A DNA stretch of 64,000 bases, from contig JAGOSH010000001.1 of assembly GCA_018062425.1 (NCBI GenBank), forward strand, positions 84,957-148,956, given 5' to 3'. The position numbers were made by a program, and so were the translations under genes. The notes beneath the pieces were generated by a model, which did no database searches, was not told where the DNA came from, and saw only the letters and a program-made list of their open reading frames with translations. Source of the stretch: Minisyncoccota bacterium. GTDB taxonomy: Bacteria > Patescibacteriota > Minisyncoccia > Phycocordibacterales > UBA9973. How positions within the stretch are numbered: position 1 is the first letter of the stretch; each line of letters opens with the position of its first letter. This document shows positions 27,548 to 36,403 of this stretch, in pieces.

Positions 27548-29125
27548 ATGTTAAACAGTCTTAAAAATCTTCTAAAAAAGAAGAAGGTGCTTGTGTTGGG
27601 CGGGGTAATAGTTGCCGTAGTGCTTGTTTTTGTATTCAAAAACGGTAATGGAGAAAGTTTTTCAACCATCAGTCCTGCTTTTGGAACTTTGACTCGCAGT
27701 GTCCAAGCAACTGGCCAAGTGGTTTCTTCGACTGACCTGGATTTATCTTTTGCTAAATCAGGCATAGTGAGCTCGGTGAATGTAAAAGTTGGTGACAAGG
27801 TCAGGAGAGGTCAAGTGTTGGCAAGTCTCGATTCCGGAAGCGACAGGGCAGCCGTCACCAAAGCCAAGGCATCGGTTCTGGGAGCTCAAGCAAAACTCAA
27901 AAAAATAATCGAAGGTTCTTCAAACGAAGAGATTGCCTTGGCGCGAGTTAATTTGGAGAATGCAAAACAAGATTTAAAAAACACCGAAAATACTCAAACA
28001 ACCTTGGTCAAAAATGCTTACAGCAAATTAATGAATTCGACCCCGGAAGCAGTACCCCAAGATTCGCTTGGTGCTATCGCTACTGCACCAACCATAAGTG
28101 GTACTTATAAACTAGGAACCGAAGGTAAAATAAGTATCAGCGTGTACAGTTCGGGTAATGGGATCATGTTTTCTGTTGCCGGTTTGGTGACGGGTTCAGG
28201 TTCTGTAAATTCTACCAATCCACAACCACTTGGTGATTCTGGTTTGTATGTTTTATTTAGTACTACTACAAATTTGAGCGGTACTAACTGGGTGGTTAAC
28301 CTTCCAAACAAGAAAGCCACTGACTACCTAGCAAACGAAAGCGCATACTTGGCTGCACAGAATACCCAAAGTGCTGCTATTGCTTCTGCTCAGTCTCTGG
28401 TTAATCAACGCGAAGCAGAGCTCAACATTAAACTAGCTTCTGCACGAGATTCGGACATAGAACTAGCCCAAGCAGACGTCCTGTCCGCCCAGGGTGAGCT
28501 AGAGCGTGCACAAGCGTCTTACAGCGACAACCTGATCATAGCTCCAGAAAATGGCACCATAACAAAAGTTGAAACAAAATACGGTGAGTTGGCTAGCACT
28601 AATGTGTCAGCCATAACCCTCGAAGATATAGAGAATTTATACATTGAAGCTGATATCAACGAATCAAACATTGCTTCGATAAAAGCAGGTCAAAGTGTGG
28701 ACACAACTTTTGATGCCATCGGTAAAGACAGAATATTCAAAGGAACTATTTCACAAGTTGATCCGTCTTCGGTTACAACCGAAGGGGTTGTTAATTACAA
28801 AATAAAAGTTTCCATCGGAGAAGAGAATTTCACTATTCGTCCTGGAATGAACGCCGAGATCAGTATTTTGATTCAAAACATAGAGAACGTTATTTCTGTT
28901 CCTAACGCAGCTATCATACAAAGTGATGAGTTGATCGTAGAGGACAACAGTGTTCCACACGTATACGTCCCAGGGCCACAATACAAAAAATATCTGAATG
29001 TTGTAACCGGTGATAAATACAAAAAAGTTGAAGTTAAAACAGGTGTGGTGGGAGACGGCAACATGGTGGAAATCTTATCTGGAATAACCAAAGAAGATAA
29101 AATCGCAATCGTTGAAGAAAAATAA
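27548..29125 (+). CDS. HlyD/MacA-family membrane-fusion (periplasmic adaptor-like) protein
   Basis: N-terminal TM, biotinyl-lipoyl-like VKVGDKVRRGQVLASLD, coiled-coil region, beta-barrel C-terminus. Confidence 0.75.
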   Translation: MLNSLKNLLKKKKVLVLGGVIVAVVLVFVFKNGNGESFSTISPAFGTLTRSVQATGQVVSSTDLDLSFAKSGIVSSVNVKVGDKVRRGQVLASLDSGSDRAAVTKAKASVLGAQAKLKKIIEGSSNEEIALARVNLENAKQDLKNTENTQTTLVKNAYSKLMNSTPEAVPQDSLGAIATAPTISGTYKLGTEGKISISVYSSGNGIMFSVAGLVTGSGSVNSTNPQPLGDSGLYVLFSTTTNLSGTNWVVNLPNKKATDYLANESAYLAAQNTQSAAIASAQSLVNQREAELNIKLASARDSDIELAQADVLSAQGELERAQASYSDNLIIAPENGTITKVETKYGELASTNVSAITLEDIENLYIEADINESNIASIKAGQSVDTTFDAIGKDRIFKGTISQVDPSSVTTEGVVNYKIKVSIGEENFTIRPGMNAEISILIQNIENVISVPNAAIIQSDELIVEDNSVPHVYVPGPQYKKYLNVVTGDKYKKVEVKTGVVGDGNMVEILSGITKEDKIAIVEEK

Positions 29126-30417
29126 TGAAATCAAGTAAAGAAAATTTACCTGCCTACCGGCAGGCAGGTTTCAATAGAAATATAAAAGTTGGCTGGTTTT
29201 TGGCCAAGCGGGAACTCAAGCGGGCTAATAAATGGACCACAGGTCTTATCGTAGCCGTGATGACTTTGACGTTTTTGAACCTGGTTGTTGTCTCTGGAAT
29301 TCTAATAGGACTTATTCAAGGTTCTGAAGATGCTCAGAAAAAATACGCAATTGGTGATATTGTTATTTCTCCTTTTCTAAATAGAAACGTAATTCTACAA
29401 ACCCCAGAAGTTGAAAGTATAGTAAAAACTATTCCAGGGTACAGAAACCATACTGTGAGGTATTCAGGTTCAGCTCGAGTAGAAGACACCTATAGACAGA
29501 CAACAAAACCAGGAGAGAAAAAAGGTGGCGCCGGGGCGCCAATATTGGGTATTGACCCAGTTCTCGAAGATAAGTTTTCTGGAGTTTCAAAATTTGTTCT
29601 ACGAGGTGAATATTTGAATGCATCTGATGCAGACAGTATATTGATTGGTAAAAACTTTCTTTACGAATTCACTCCAATTGATGCTCCTGGATTTGAAAGT
29701 TTGAAAAACACCAATGTTGGTTCTAGGGTGAAACTTACTTCCGGTAACATAGAAAAAGAATATTTCGTCAAAGGAATTCTAAGTTCCAAGGTAGATACTT
29801 TTGACTTCTCAGTGGTGATGCTCGCTAGTGAAGCTAGAAAATTATCTAGTCAGACTGACTTAAATGCTGGATCCATTGCTATCCAATTGCAACCAGGAAC
29901 TGATCCTAATCTAGCTAAAAAGTTTTTGATAGACAGTGGGGTAGAAGAGTGGGCGCGAGTGCAAACTGCCGAAGAGGCGTTTCCTAAATTCTTGAAAGAT
30001 ATCAAAGCAACTTTTGGTATCCTAGGGTCAGCGATTTCCGGCATAGGTTTGGTGGTTGCTTCAATTACGATCTTTATTGTGATTTTTGTTAACGCTATTA
30101 CTCGCAGACGATATATTGGAATATTGAAGGGTATTGGTATAAACAAACAAGCTATATTGTTCTCGTATATGTATCAAGCAACCATATATGCTTCACTGGG
30201 TATTTTATTAGGCATGATGTTAATATTTGGTTTCATTAAACCTTATTTTGCTGAAAACCCAATAAACTTTCCTTTCTCAGACGGAATACTGGTAGCTACT
30301 TTGTCCGGAACTTTCACCAGAGCTTTTATCTTGCTAGTGACGACTATGATTGCCGGATACATACCAGCGCGAATAGTTATAAAACAAAATACATTATCAG
30401 CAATCTTGGGAAGATAA
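29125..30417 (+). CDS. ABC transporter permease, FtsX/MacB-like
   Basis: N-terminal TM, large extracytoplasmic loop, three C-terminal TM segments (FtsX domain). Confidence 0.8.
   Translation: MKSSKENLPAYRQAGFNRNIKVGWFLAKRELKRANKWTTGLIVAVMTLTFLNLVVVSGILIGLIQGSEDAQKKYAIGDIVISPFLNRNVILQTPEVESIVKTIPGYRNHTVRYSGSARVEDTYRQTTKPGEKKGGAGAPILGIDPVLEDKFSGVSKFVLRGEYLNASDADSILIGKNFLYEFTPIDAPGFESLKNTNVGSRVKLTSGNIEKEYFVKGILSSKVDTFDFSVVMLASEARKLSSQTDLNAGSIAIQLQPGTDPNLAKKFLIDSGVEEWARVQTAEEAFPKFLKDIKATFGILGSAISGIGLVVASITIFIVIFVNAITRRRYIGILKGIGINKQAILFSYMYQATIYASLGILLGMMLIFGFIKPYFAENPINFPFSDGILVATLSGTFTRAFILLVTTMIAGYIPARIVIKQNTLSAILGR
29148..29169. repeat. GC-rich palindromic element ACCTGCC...GGCAGGCAGGT inside the 5' end of the permease ORF
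   Basis: CCTGCC at 29149-29154, GGCAGGCAGG at 29159-29168; encodes LPAYRQAG. Confidence 0.55.
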
Positions 30418-30420
30418 AAC

Positions 30421-31095
30421 ATGATTCAAGTTAAAAATTTAAGCAAAATATTTCAAAGTGGAGATGCGCAAATAATTGCTTTAAACAATCTTACTTTTTC
30501 TGTACCAGAAGGGCAGTTCTTGACCGTCACAGGGAAATCAGGTAGTGGTAAATCAACACTGCTTTACCAACTAGGATTGCTAGATTTGCCAACCTCTGGG
30601 GAGGTGTATATAGATGGTATCGAATACACCAAGCTGGAAGAGAACGCTCGCACAGTATCAAGGCTAAATGACTTGGGGTATATCTTCCAAGATTATGCTA
30701 TTTTACCTTCACTCACTGCGCTTGAGAACACAATGCTGCCTCTCCTGATGCAGGGTTATGATATGAAAGAATCAGAAGAGAAAGCTAAAAAGGCTTTGGA
30801 TAAAGTTGGATTGCTAGATCGTATGAACAACCTACCTTCTGCGTTATCTGGTGGGCAGCAACAGCGTGTGTCTATCGCGCGCGCGATATCCCATGAGCCC
30901 AAAATTATATTTGCCGACGAACCGACAGCTAACCTGGACTCGGAGACTTCGAAACATGTGATTGACGCTTTTGTAAAACTAAACAAAGAAGGCCAGACCA
31001 TCATCATGGTAACTCACGAAGAAGAATATGCTCGTCTAGCTGACCGCACCATCACTATGGCGGACGGAAACATCGTCTCGGATGTTTTGAACTAA
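30421..31095 (+). CDS. ABC transporter ATP-binding protein (MacB/LolD-like)
   Basis: GKSGSGKST Walker A, LSGGQQQRVSIARA signature, IFADEPT Walker B. Confidence 0.92.
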   Translation: MIQVKNLSKIFQSGDAQIIALNNLTFSVPEGQFLTVTGKSGSGKSTLLYQLGLLDLPTSGEVYIDGIEYTKLEENARTVSRLNDLGYIFQDYAILPSLTALENTMLPLLMQGYDMKESEEKAKKALDKVGLLDRMNNLPSALSGGQQQRVSIARAISHEPKIIFADEPTANLDSETSKHVIDAFVKLNKEGQTIIMVTHEEEYARLADRTITMADGNIVSDVLN

Positions 31096-31194
31096 ACTTT
31101 GATTTTCCACACAGACTGGTTGTGTTATGGGTTTTTATAAGAGACAATACAGTAGTGAAAGAGTGCGGGGGATTATTTTATCTAATATTGATTC

Positions 31195-32043
31195 ATGAAA
31201 AAATATATTAAACTTTTTTTACTCATTTTAGTTTTATTACCTTTTTCTGCTACAGCTTATGAACTCCAGCCGTATTACGTACAAAAAATTGATGAGATCG
31301 AAAGTAAAATAACCGTCAAAGATAGATACGGTAAGTTTTACGTACTAACATATGGTCCTGAATGTAGTGGATGGTGGACGTATACGGGGCAGAGAATATA
31401 CATCAACGCTAGAGGGCCATTCCTAGACGGTGTGGAAGACGAAATATTTCTAAATGACTTAGGAATTCGAGCTTGTCCTGTTCGGAAAGTTTCTTATGTC
31501 AAAGGCGGTCCTGGTTATTACGTGATACACCAAAGTAGTATCTGTCCGGACCACGGCTTCATTTCGCCAGTCGATGCCAATATGTGTGAGTGCACCTCTG
31601 GATATAAATTCGATATTGACCGGCACATTTGTGTCCCTTTCAAAACGAACGATCAAATTTGTAAAGAAAGATTCGGTCTTTACAGTGTCTGGGACGGTAC
31701 TTTTGACCAGAAACATGCGCTTAATTGTATCTGTAAAACAGGCTTTATCTGGAATCAGAGTAAGACAGCCTGCGTCAGAGACAAGGTTGCCACTAACAGT
31801 GTTGGAGCGGTAGCCAAAACAGATATACAAACCACAAACGAAACACCAGGTGCTGCTCTGGGAGATAGTGCTGAGAGCGCAGAGAACGTACAAACAGAAA
31901 CAGAAACAATCTTAACCAATAATACTCAGAATAATACTCAAAGAGCACCTTGGTACAAGACATTTTTAGGAATGGTAATTATATTGGTAGTGGTGATGCT
32001 CGTTGTATACAATTTAGTAAAAGCCTACAAAAATCGACAGTAG
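31195..32043 (+). CDS. secreted Cys-rich protein with EGF-like repeats and C-terminal TM anchor
   Basis: Signal peptide; CECTSGYKFD..HICV and CICKTGFIWN..ACV repeats; C-terminal hydrophobic segment. Confidence 0.55.
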   Translation: MKKYIKLFLLILVLLPFSATAYELQPYYVQKIDEIESKITVKDRYGKFYVLTYGPECSGWWTYTGQRIYINARGPFLDGVEDEIFLNDLGIRACPVRKVSYVKGGPGYYVIHQSSICPDHGFISPVDANMCECTSGYKFDIDRHICVPFKTNDQICKERFGLYSVWDGTFDQKHALNCICKTGFIWNQSKTACVRDKVATNSVGAVAKTDIQTTNETPGAALGDSAESAENVQTETETILTNNTQNNTQRAPWYKTFLGMVIILVVVMLVVYNLVKAYKNRQ

Positions 32044-32296
32044 TAAATATATTTGACATTTCCTAACATAAAGGTTAATTTTGATTAAATTCTTTCACTA
32101 AATCTTTCTTTGTTGTATGGGAAAAGCAGACGCAATCTATAAAGCCTGTATGGGCTTTCTTATTCTCGTGTTTTTCAGTTTCGCCTTGTACGTTGGCTTT
32201 CATTATTAGCCTTTCGGTAAAAAAAGGTTTCTTAATAACCTAAAAACTTCACAATGTGTGAAAAATATTGAGCGGGTAGTTTCCGTTATAAAACTG

Positions 32297-32320
32297 CCCA
32301 TCTTTTAGATGGGTTTTTTT
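32297..32320 (+). terminator. rho-independent terminator
   Basis: Stem CCCATCT/AGATGGG plus T7. Confidence 0.7.
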
Positions 32321-32478
32321 ATTTGGAAATTTCACATTGACAAATCATGTAATTTTTATAAGATAAAAATATGTTTACCAAAAGTAACCAATATATGCTG
32401 ATTAAGATTTCTACCCGAACCACCGCTTGGGGCGTTACTTTTGCTTTAGCTTAATCCAGAACAATAATCTAAACCAAA

Positions 32479-32520
32479 AGCAGCTCTCCAAGCCCTAGGC
32501 CTGGAGAGCTGCTTTGTTCT
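32479..32520 (+). terminator. rho-independent terminator (12-bp stem)
   Basis: AGCAGCTCTCCA/TGGAGAGCTGCT followed by TTTGTTCTTT. Confidence 0.65.
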
Positions 32521-32588
32521 TTAAGCTCTTTGACACTTTTTCTAACCTTTCGGCCTAAAAGCCGAATACAAACCCAACCCGCTTTGTT

Positions 32589-32972
32589 ATGAAAAACATA
32601 GCAATATTCTGCTTATTGTTCGCATGTATTAGCGCTTCTGCCCAAAATATTCTTCTGGGCGAAAATGCTTATGTTGAATTTTTGCACCATGACACTATTA
32701 AGATAGAGTTGTATAACTTGTACACTTTCTCTGTACTGAAAAAAGATAAAATCAGAGTAGAAAAAATGCAATATGCTTACAACAAAGCAACGAAGGGCTT
32801 GGTCGTCATAAAATCAAGCATAGTAGTCAACGAATCTGATGTCCCTGAAAACATCTGTGAGTTCACATTCAAGAGTGATGACATATTGGTTAAGGCTTAT
32901 AGAAAGCCTACACATTGTTTTCTCTTGCTGATGAATAAGGCCTACACCCATTTTGGGATTGCGCTTAGGTAA
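32589..32972 (+). CDS. small secreted hypothetical protein (signal ending ...ISASAQN)
   Basis: Signal peptide; shares its upstream element with the next gene. Confidence 0.5.
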   Translation: MKNIAIFCLLFACISASAQNILLGENAYVEFLHHDTIKIELYNLYTFSVLKKDKIRVEKMQYAYNKATKGLVVIKSSIVVNESDVPENICEFTFKSDDILVKAYRKPTHCFLLLMNKAYTHFGIALR

Positions 32973-33031
32973 AAATACATCAAATTTTTCTAACTCTTCG
33001 GTTAATCCGAATACAAAAGCTTCATCACATT

Positions 33032-34498
33032 ATGAAAAAGCTAAATCTAACCCTCGCTTTTTTAGTCGCAGTTGACTGTATTTCCGCTCAAGATTTACCA
33101 TTGCAAAACCAACCTGGAAACAATGTCCAACCGCGTGGCGATTGCATTGAGGTATTGAATACCTCACAATTCTTCGCCGGTGAATTCGGTGGAGGGCAAG
33201 GAACTTCTTCTGTTTGTTTTTCATTCCCGTCCACATGTGGAGCGGAAGGCAGGATGAACTCAAATTCAGTTGTGGACTTCCTACAGTTCTCGGTTGGTAG
33301 TGATACTTCAGGTGTTATTGGGGTTGGTTCGTCAGGCTTCGGTGATCTTGAATATCTTTCGGTTGGTCAGGTAGTTCTTCTGCCATTTGATTTTTCACCA
33401 CCGCGGGCGTTTGAAGGACCGATTCACATTGACGTTGGGTCTGATGGATTCATTGTTGAAAAACTTTCAGATGGCTTAACTGGGGATATGTTTTTTACAG
33501 TTAGTTTACAGAATTTCTCTATAACCTTGTTGTCAAACAGGAGTCATTTCACCAACTACAGCATTGAGTGTAAGCCGCTCAATGTATGCGCTGATTATGT
33601 CGGTGTTCAGTATGCCGTGGCTTGCCCAGGGAAGGACTTATTTCTTGTGTCTAAATGTTATGACTCCGATTACAAGACAATTTGGATTAATCCAGAGGGC
33701 GACACCATTATCTGCGAACTGGATACCCTGCGTGTAAATGACCCAGTTTCTGTCGGAGCATATCAATGGATAACCCCATGCAACAAGGGGTATGTGTTGG
33801 TTTACAACCCAGACTCGGTTAGAATCGAAAATCGGCAAATTTTTTGCTCAAGCAAGCAAAAACTTTTTTTGCCAACTGGCCTGAAGGGTAATTGGTCAAA
33901 TGGGGTAGAAAACTCAAACTACATTCAGGTAACAAGTCCTGGTACTTACTGGGTAAATGTTTCAAACTGCATACAGGATTCAATAGCTGTAGATATAATT
34001 TTTGAGGATCTTGATTTGGACTTACATTTCGTTCCAGACGTGGATACAATACTGTTCTTTCAAGAACTAAAAGTTATTCCTGAAGCAATATCTGGTACAA
34101 CATTTACTTGGCAAAAAGATGGTCAACCTGTCTGGGGTTACTATGGAACAGGACTCTATACCATAACCGGCACCTATGACGAATGTCGAGAGCAGGATAC
34201 GATTCTGGTGATTCCGGAACTTTTTTCTGAATGCGATTGGCCTGTATATAAGCCTACTGTGTTTTCGCCAAACAGTGATGGGGTAAACGACCTGTTTCAA
34301 GTTTTTGGGCCCGACGGTTCGGTATCTAAGATATGGGTGTACGACAGGTGGGGAGGGCTCATGTATTCTGGTGAGGCTTGGGATGGTACCTGGGAAAGCA
34401 AAGAGCTCAAGCCCGGTGTTTATACATTTAAGGCACGGGTTGTTTGGGGTTTTGAAGAATGTTCACGTATCTATGGTGATGTTACCTTAATTCGGTAA
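33032..34498 (+). CDS. secreted protein with T9SS type-B (gliding-motility-associated) C-terminal sorting domain
   Basis: Signal ...DCISAQD; C-terminus VFSPNSDGVNDLF..WVYDRWGGLMYSGEAWDGTW..PGVYTFKARV..GDVTLIR. Confidence 0.8.
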   Translation: MKKLNLTLAFLVAVDCISAQDLPLQNQPGNNVQPRGDCIEVLNTSQFFAGEFGGGQGTSSVCFSFPSTCGAEGRMNSNSVVDFLQFSVGSDTSGVIGVGSSGFGDLEYLSVGQVVLLPFDFSPPRAFEGPIHIDVGSDGFIVEKLSDGLTGDMFFTVSLQNFSITLLSNRSHFTNYSIECKPLNVCADYVGVQYAVACPGKDLFLVSKCYDSDYKTIWINPEGDTIICELDTLRVNDPVSVGAYQWITPCNKGYVLVYNPDSVRIENRQIFCSSKQKLFLPTGLKGNWSNGVENSNYIQVTSPGTYWVNVSNCIQDSIAVDIIFEDLDLDLHFVPDVDTILFFQELKVIPEAISGTTFTWQKDGQPVWGYYGTGLYTITGTYDECREQDTILVIPELFSECDWPVYKPTVFSPNSDGVNDLFQVFGPDGSVSKIWVYDRWGGLMYSGEAWDGTWESKELKPGVYTFKARVVWGFEECSRIYGDVTLIR

Positions 34499-34613
34499 AT
34501 CAAAAATTGAATAAAAATGGAAAATATAACCTAGGCCCGGGATTGCGAAAAGCAAGACTGGGCCTATAAACGTTTTACCCAGGTTTTACCCAGTTTTTCA
34601 GGCGAAAGGGTGT

Positions 34614-34641
34614 TTGACATTAAAAATTTATCTGCTAATAT
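34614..34641 (+). promoter_or_regulatory. strong sigma70-like promoter TTGACA-16-TAATAT for tuf and the S10 operon
   Basis: TTGACA 34614-34619, TAATAT 34636-34641. Confidence 0.6.
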
Positions 34642-34787
34642 GAACCGTAACTGCACTTTCGCAGTTTTTTCGTTCCTAATTAATAAAATTATAAGTAATT
34701 GTATTAGTAGCAGGGCCTTGGTAAATTCTCGTATATTGAGTCCCAGTTATTAATGAACCCCGACGCCAGAGGCGCGGGAAAAATCAT

Positions 34788-35984
34788 ATGGCAGCAGAAG
34801 AATTTAAAAGAGATAAGCCACACGTAAACGTAGGTACCATTGGTCACGTTGACCACGGAAAGACCACTTTAACAGCGGCTATTTTGAATTGTCTTAACTT
34901 GGCAGGTAACACTGTTCGCATGAAGAGTGTTGACCAAATCGACGGTGCTCCAGAAGAAAAAGCTCGTGGTATTACCATCAACATCTCCCACAACGAGTAC
35001 GAAACAGCTGCTCGTCACTACGCTCACATCGATGCTCCTGGTCACGCTGACTACATCAAGAACATGATCACCGGTGCCGCTCAAATGGACGGTGCTATCC
35101 TTGTGGTTGCTGCAACTGACGGTGCTATGCCTCAGACTCGTGAACACGTTCTCTTGGCAAAGCAGGTTGGTGTGCCAAAAATCATTGTTTTCCTTAACAA
35201 ATGCGACATGGTTGACGACAAAGACATGATCGATATGGTTGAAGAAGAAATCCGTGAACTCCTTACAAAACAAGGCTTTGATGGTGCTAACGCTCCGGTT
35301 ATCCGTGGTTCAGCTCTTAAGGGTCTTGAAGCTACTTCAGCCGATGATGAGTGGGCAAAGAAAATCCTTGAACTTACTAACGCTCTTGATACTTACATTC
35401 CTGTACCAGAACGTGATGTTGCAAAGCCATTCTTGATGCCTGTTGAAGACATATTCTCAATCGAAGGCCGTGGTACTGTTGTAACTGGTAAAATCGAAAG
35501 AGGTGTCGTAAAGGTAGGTGAAGAAATCGAAATCGTTGGTGTTAAAGCTACTCAGAAAACTACTGTTACTGGTATCGAAATGTTCAACAAGAACTTGCAA
35601 GAAGGTATGGCTGGAGACAACGCTGGAATCCTTCTCCGAGGCTTGAAGAAAGACGACATTACTCGTGGACAGGTTCTCTGCAAGCCAGGTACTACCACTC
35701 CTCACGACAACTTTACTGCTGAAATCTACGTTCTAAAGAAGGAAGAAGGTGGCCGACACACTCCATTCTTTAAGGGTTACAAGCCTCAGTTCTACGTTCG
35801 AACTACAGACGTGACTGGTGAAGTTACTCTACAAGAAGGAACTGAAATGGTTATGCCTGGAGATACTGTAAAGATAACTGTTAAATTGGTTACTCCAGTT
35901 GCTCTAGAAGAACAACAGAGATTTGCTATCCGTGAAGGTGGTAAGACTGTAGGTGCTGGTGTAGTAACAAAAATATTAGGCTAA
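34788..35984 (+). CDS. tuf: translation elongation factor Tu
   Basis: [25 protein letters not shown] motifs. Confidence 0.98.
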   Translation: MAAEEFKRDKPHVNVGTIGHVDHGKTTLTAAILNCLNLAGNTVRMKSVDQIDGAPEEKARGITINISHNEYETAARHYAHIDAPGHADYIKNMITGAAQMDGAILVVAATDGAMPQTREHVLLAKQVGVPKIIVFLNKCDMVDDKDMIDMVEEEIRELLTKQGFDGANAPVIRGSALKGLEATSADDEWAKKILELTNALDTYIPVPERDVAKPFLMPVEDIFSIEGRGTVVTGKIERGVVKVGEEIEIVGVKATQKTTVTGIEMFNKNLQEGMAGDNAGILLRGLKKDDITRGQVLCKPGTTTPHDNFTAEIYVLKKEEGGRHTPFFKGYKPQFYVRTTDVTGEVTLQEGTEMVMPGDTVKITVKLVTPVALEEQQRFAIREGGKTVGAGVVTKILG

Positions 35985-36012
35985 ACCAATTCGAACATAT
36001 TAGATTAAATTC

Positions 36013-36384
36013 ATGGCGAAAGAAGCAACAACTAAAAAAAGAAAGACCGAATCGAAAGTAGTAGGTAAAAAGGACGAAAAAGTGGTGCTTCGCATACGAG
36101 TGCGAGCCTACGAAAGTAAAATCCTTGATGCATCCGTGAAGCAAATCATCGACACAGCTATCCGTCATGATGCCCAAGTATTAGGTCCTGTACCGCTACC
36201 AACTGAGATAAAGAAATATACTGTGAATCGAGCTTCTTTCGTATACAAGAATGCTCGTGAGCAGTTTGAAATCCGAGTGCACAAAAGACTTATTGACATA
36301 GTTAATCCAAATCCGAAGACTGTCGAAGCGCTGACCAACTTGTCTCTCCCATCCGGAGTTGATATTGATGTAAAGATGCTCTAA
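36013..36384 (+). CDS. rpsJ: 30S ribosomal protein S10 (with Lys-rich N-terminal extension)
   Basis: RIRVRAYESKILD...LPTEIKKYTV sequence. Confidence 0.95.
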   Translation: MAKEATTKKRKTESKVVGKKDEKVVLRIRVRAYESKILDASVKQIIDTAIRHDAQVLGPVPLPTEIKKYTVNRASFVYKNAREQFEIRVHKRLIDIVNPNPKTVEALTNLSLPSGVDIDVKML

Positions 36385-36403
36385 ACATTCTATAAAGAAA
36401 ATC

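Noticed and set aside
32052-34621. 9-bp direct repeat TTTGACATT at 32052-60 and 34613-21, flanking the T9SS-domain island, considered as a possible target-site duplication.
   Set aside because: The same 9-mer occurs at the rpsN promoter (43635-43). It is simply the extended -35 consensus of this genome, so it is not evidence for an insertion event.
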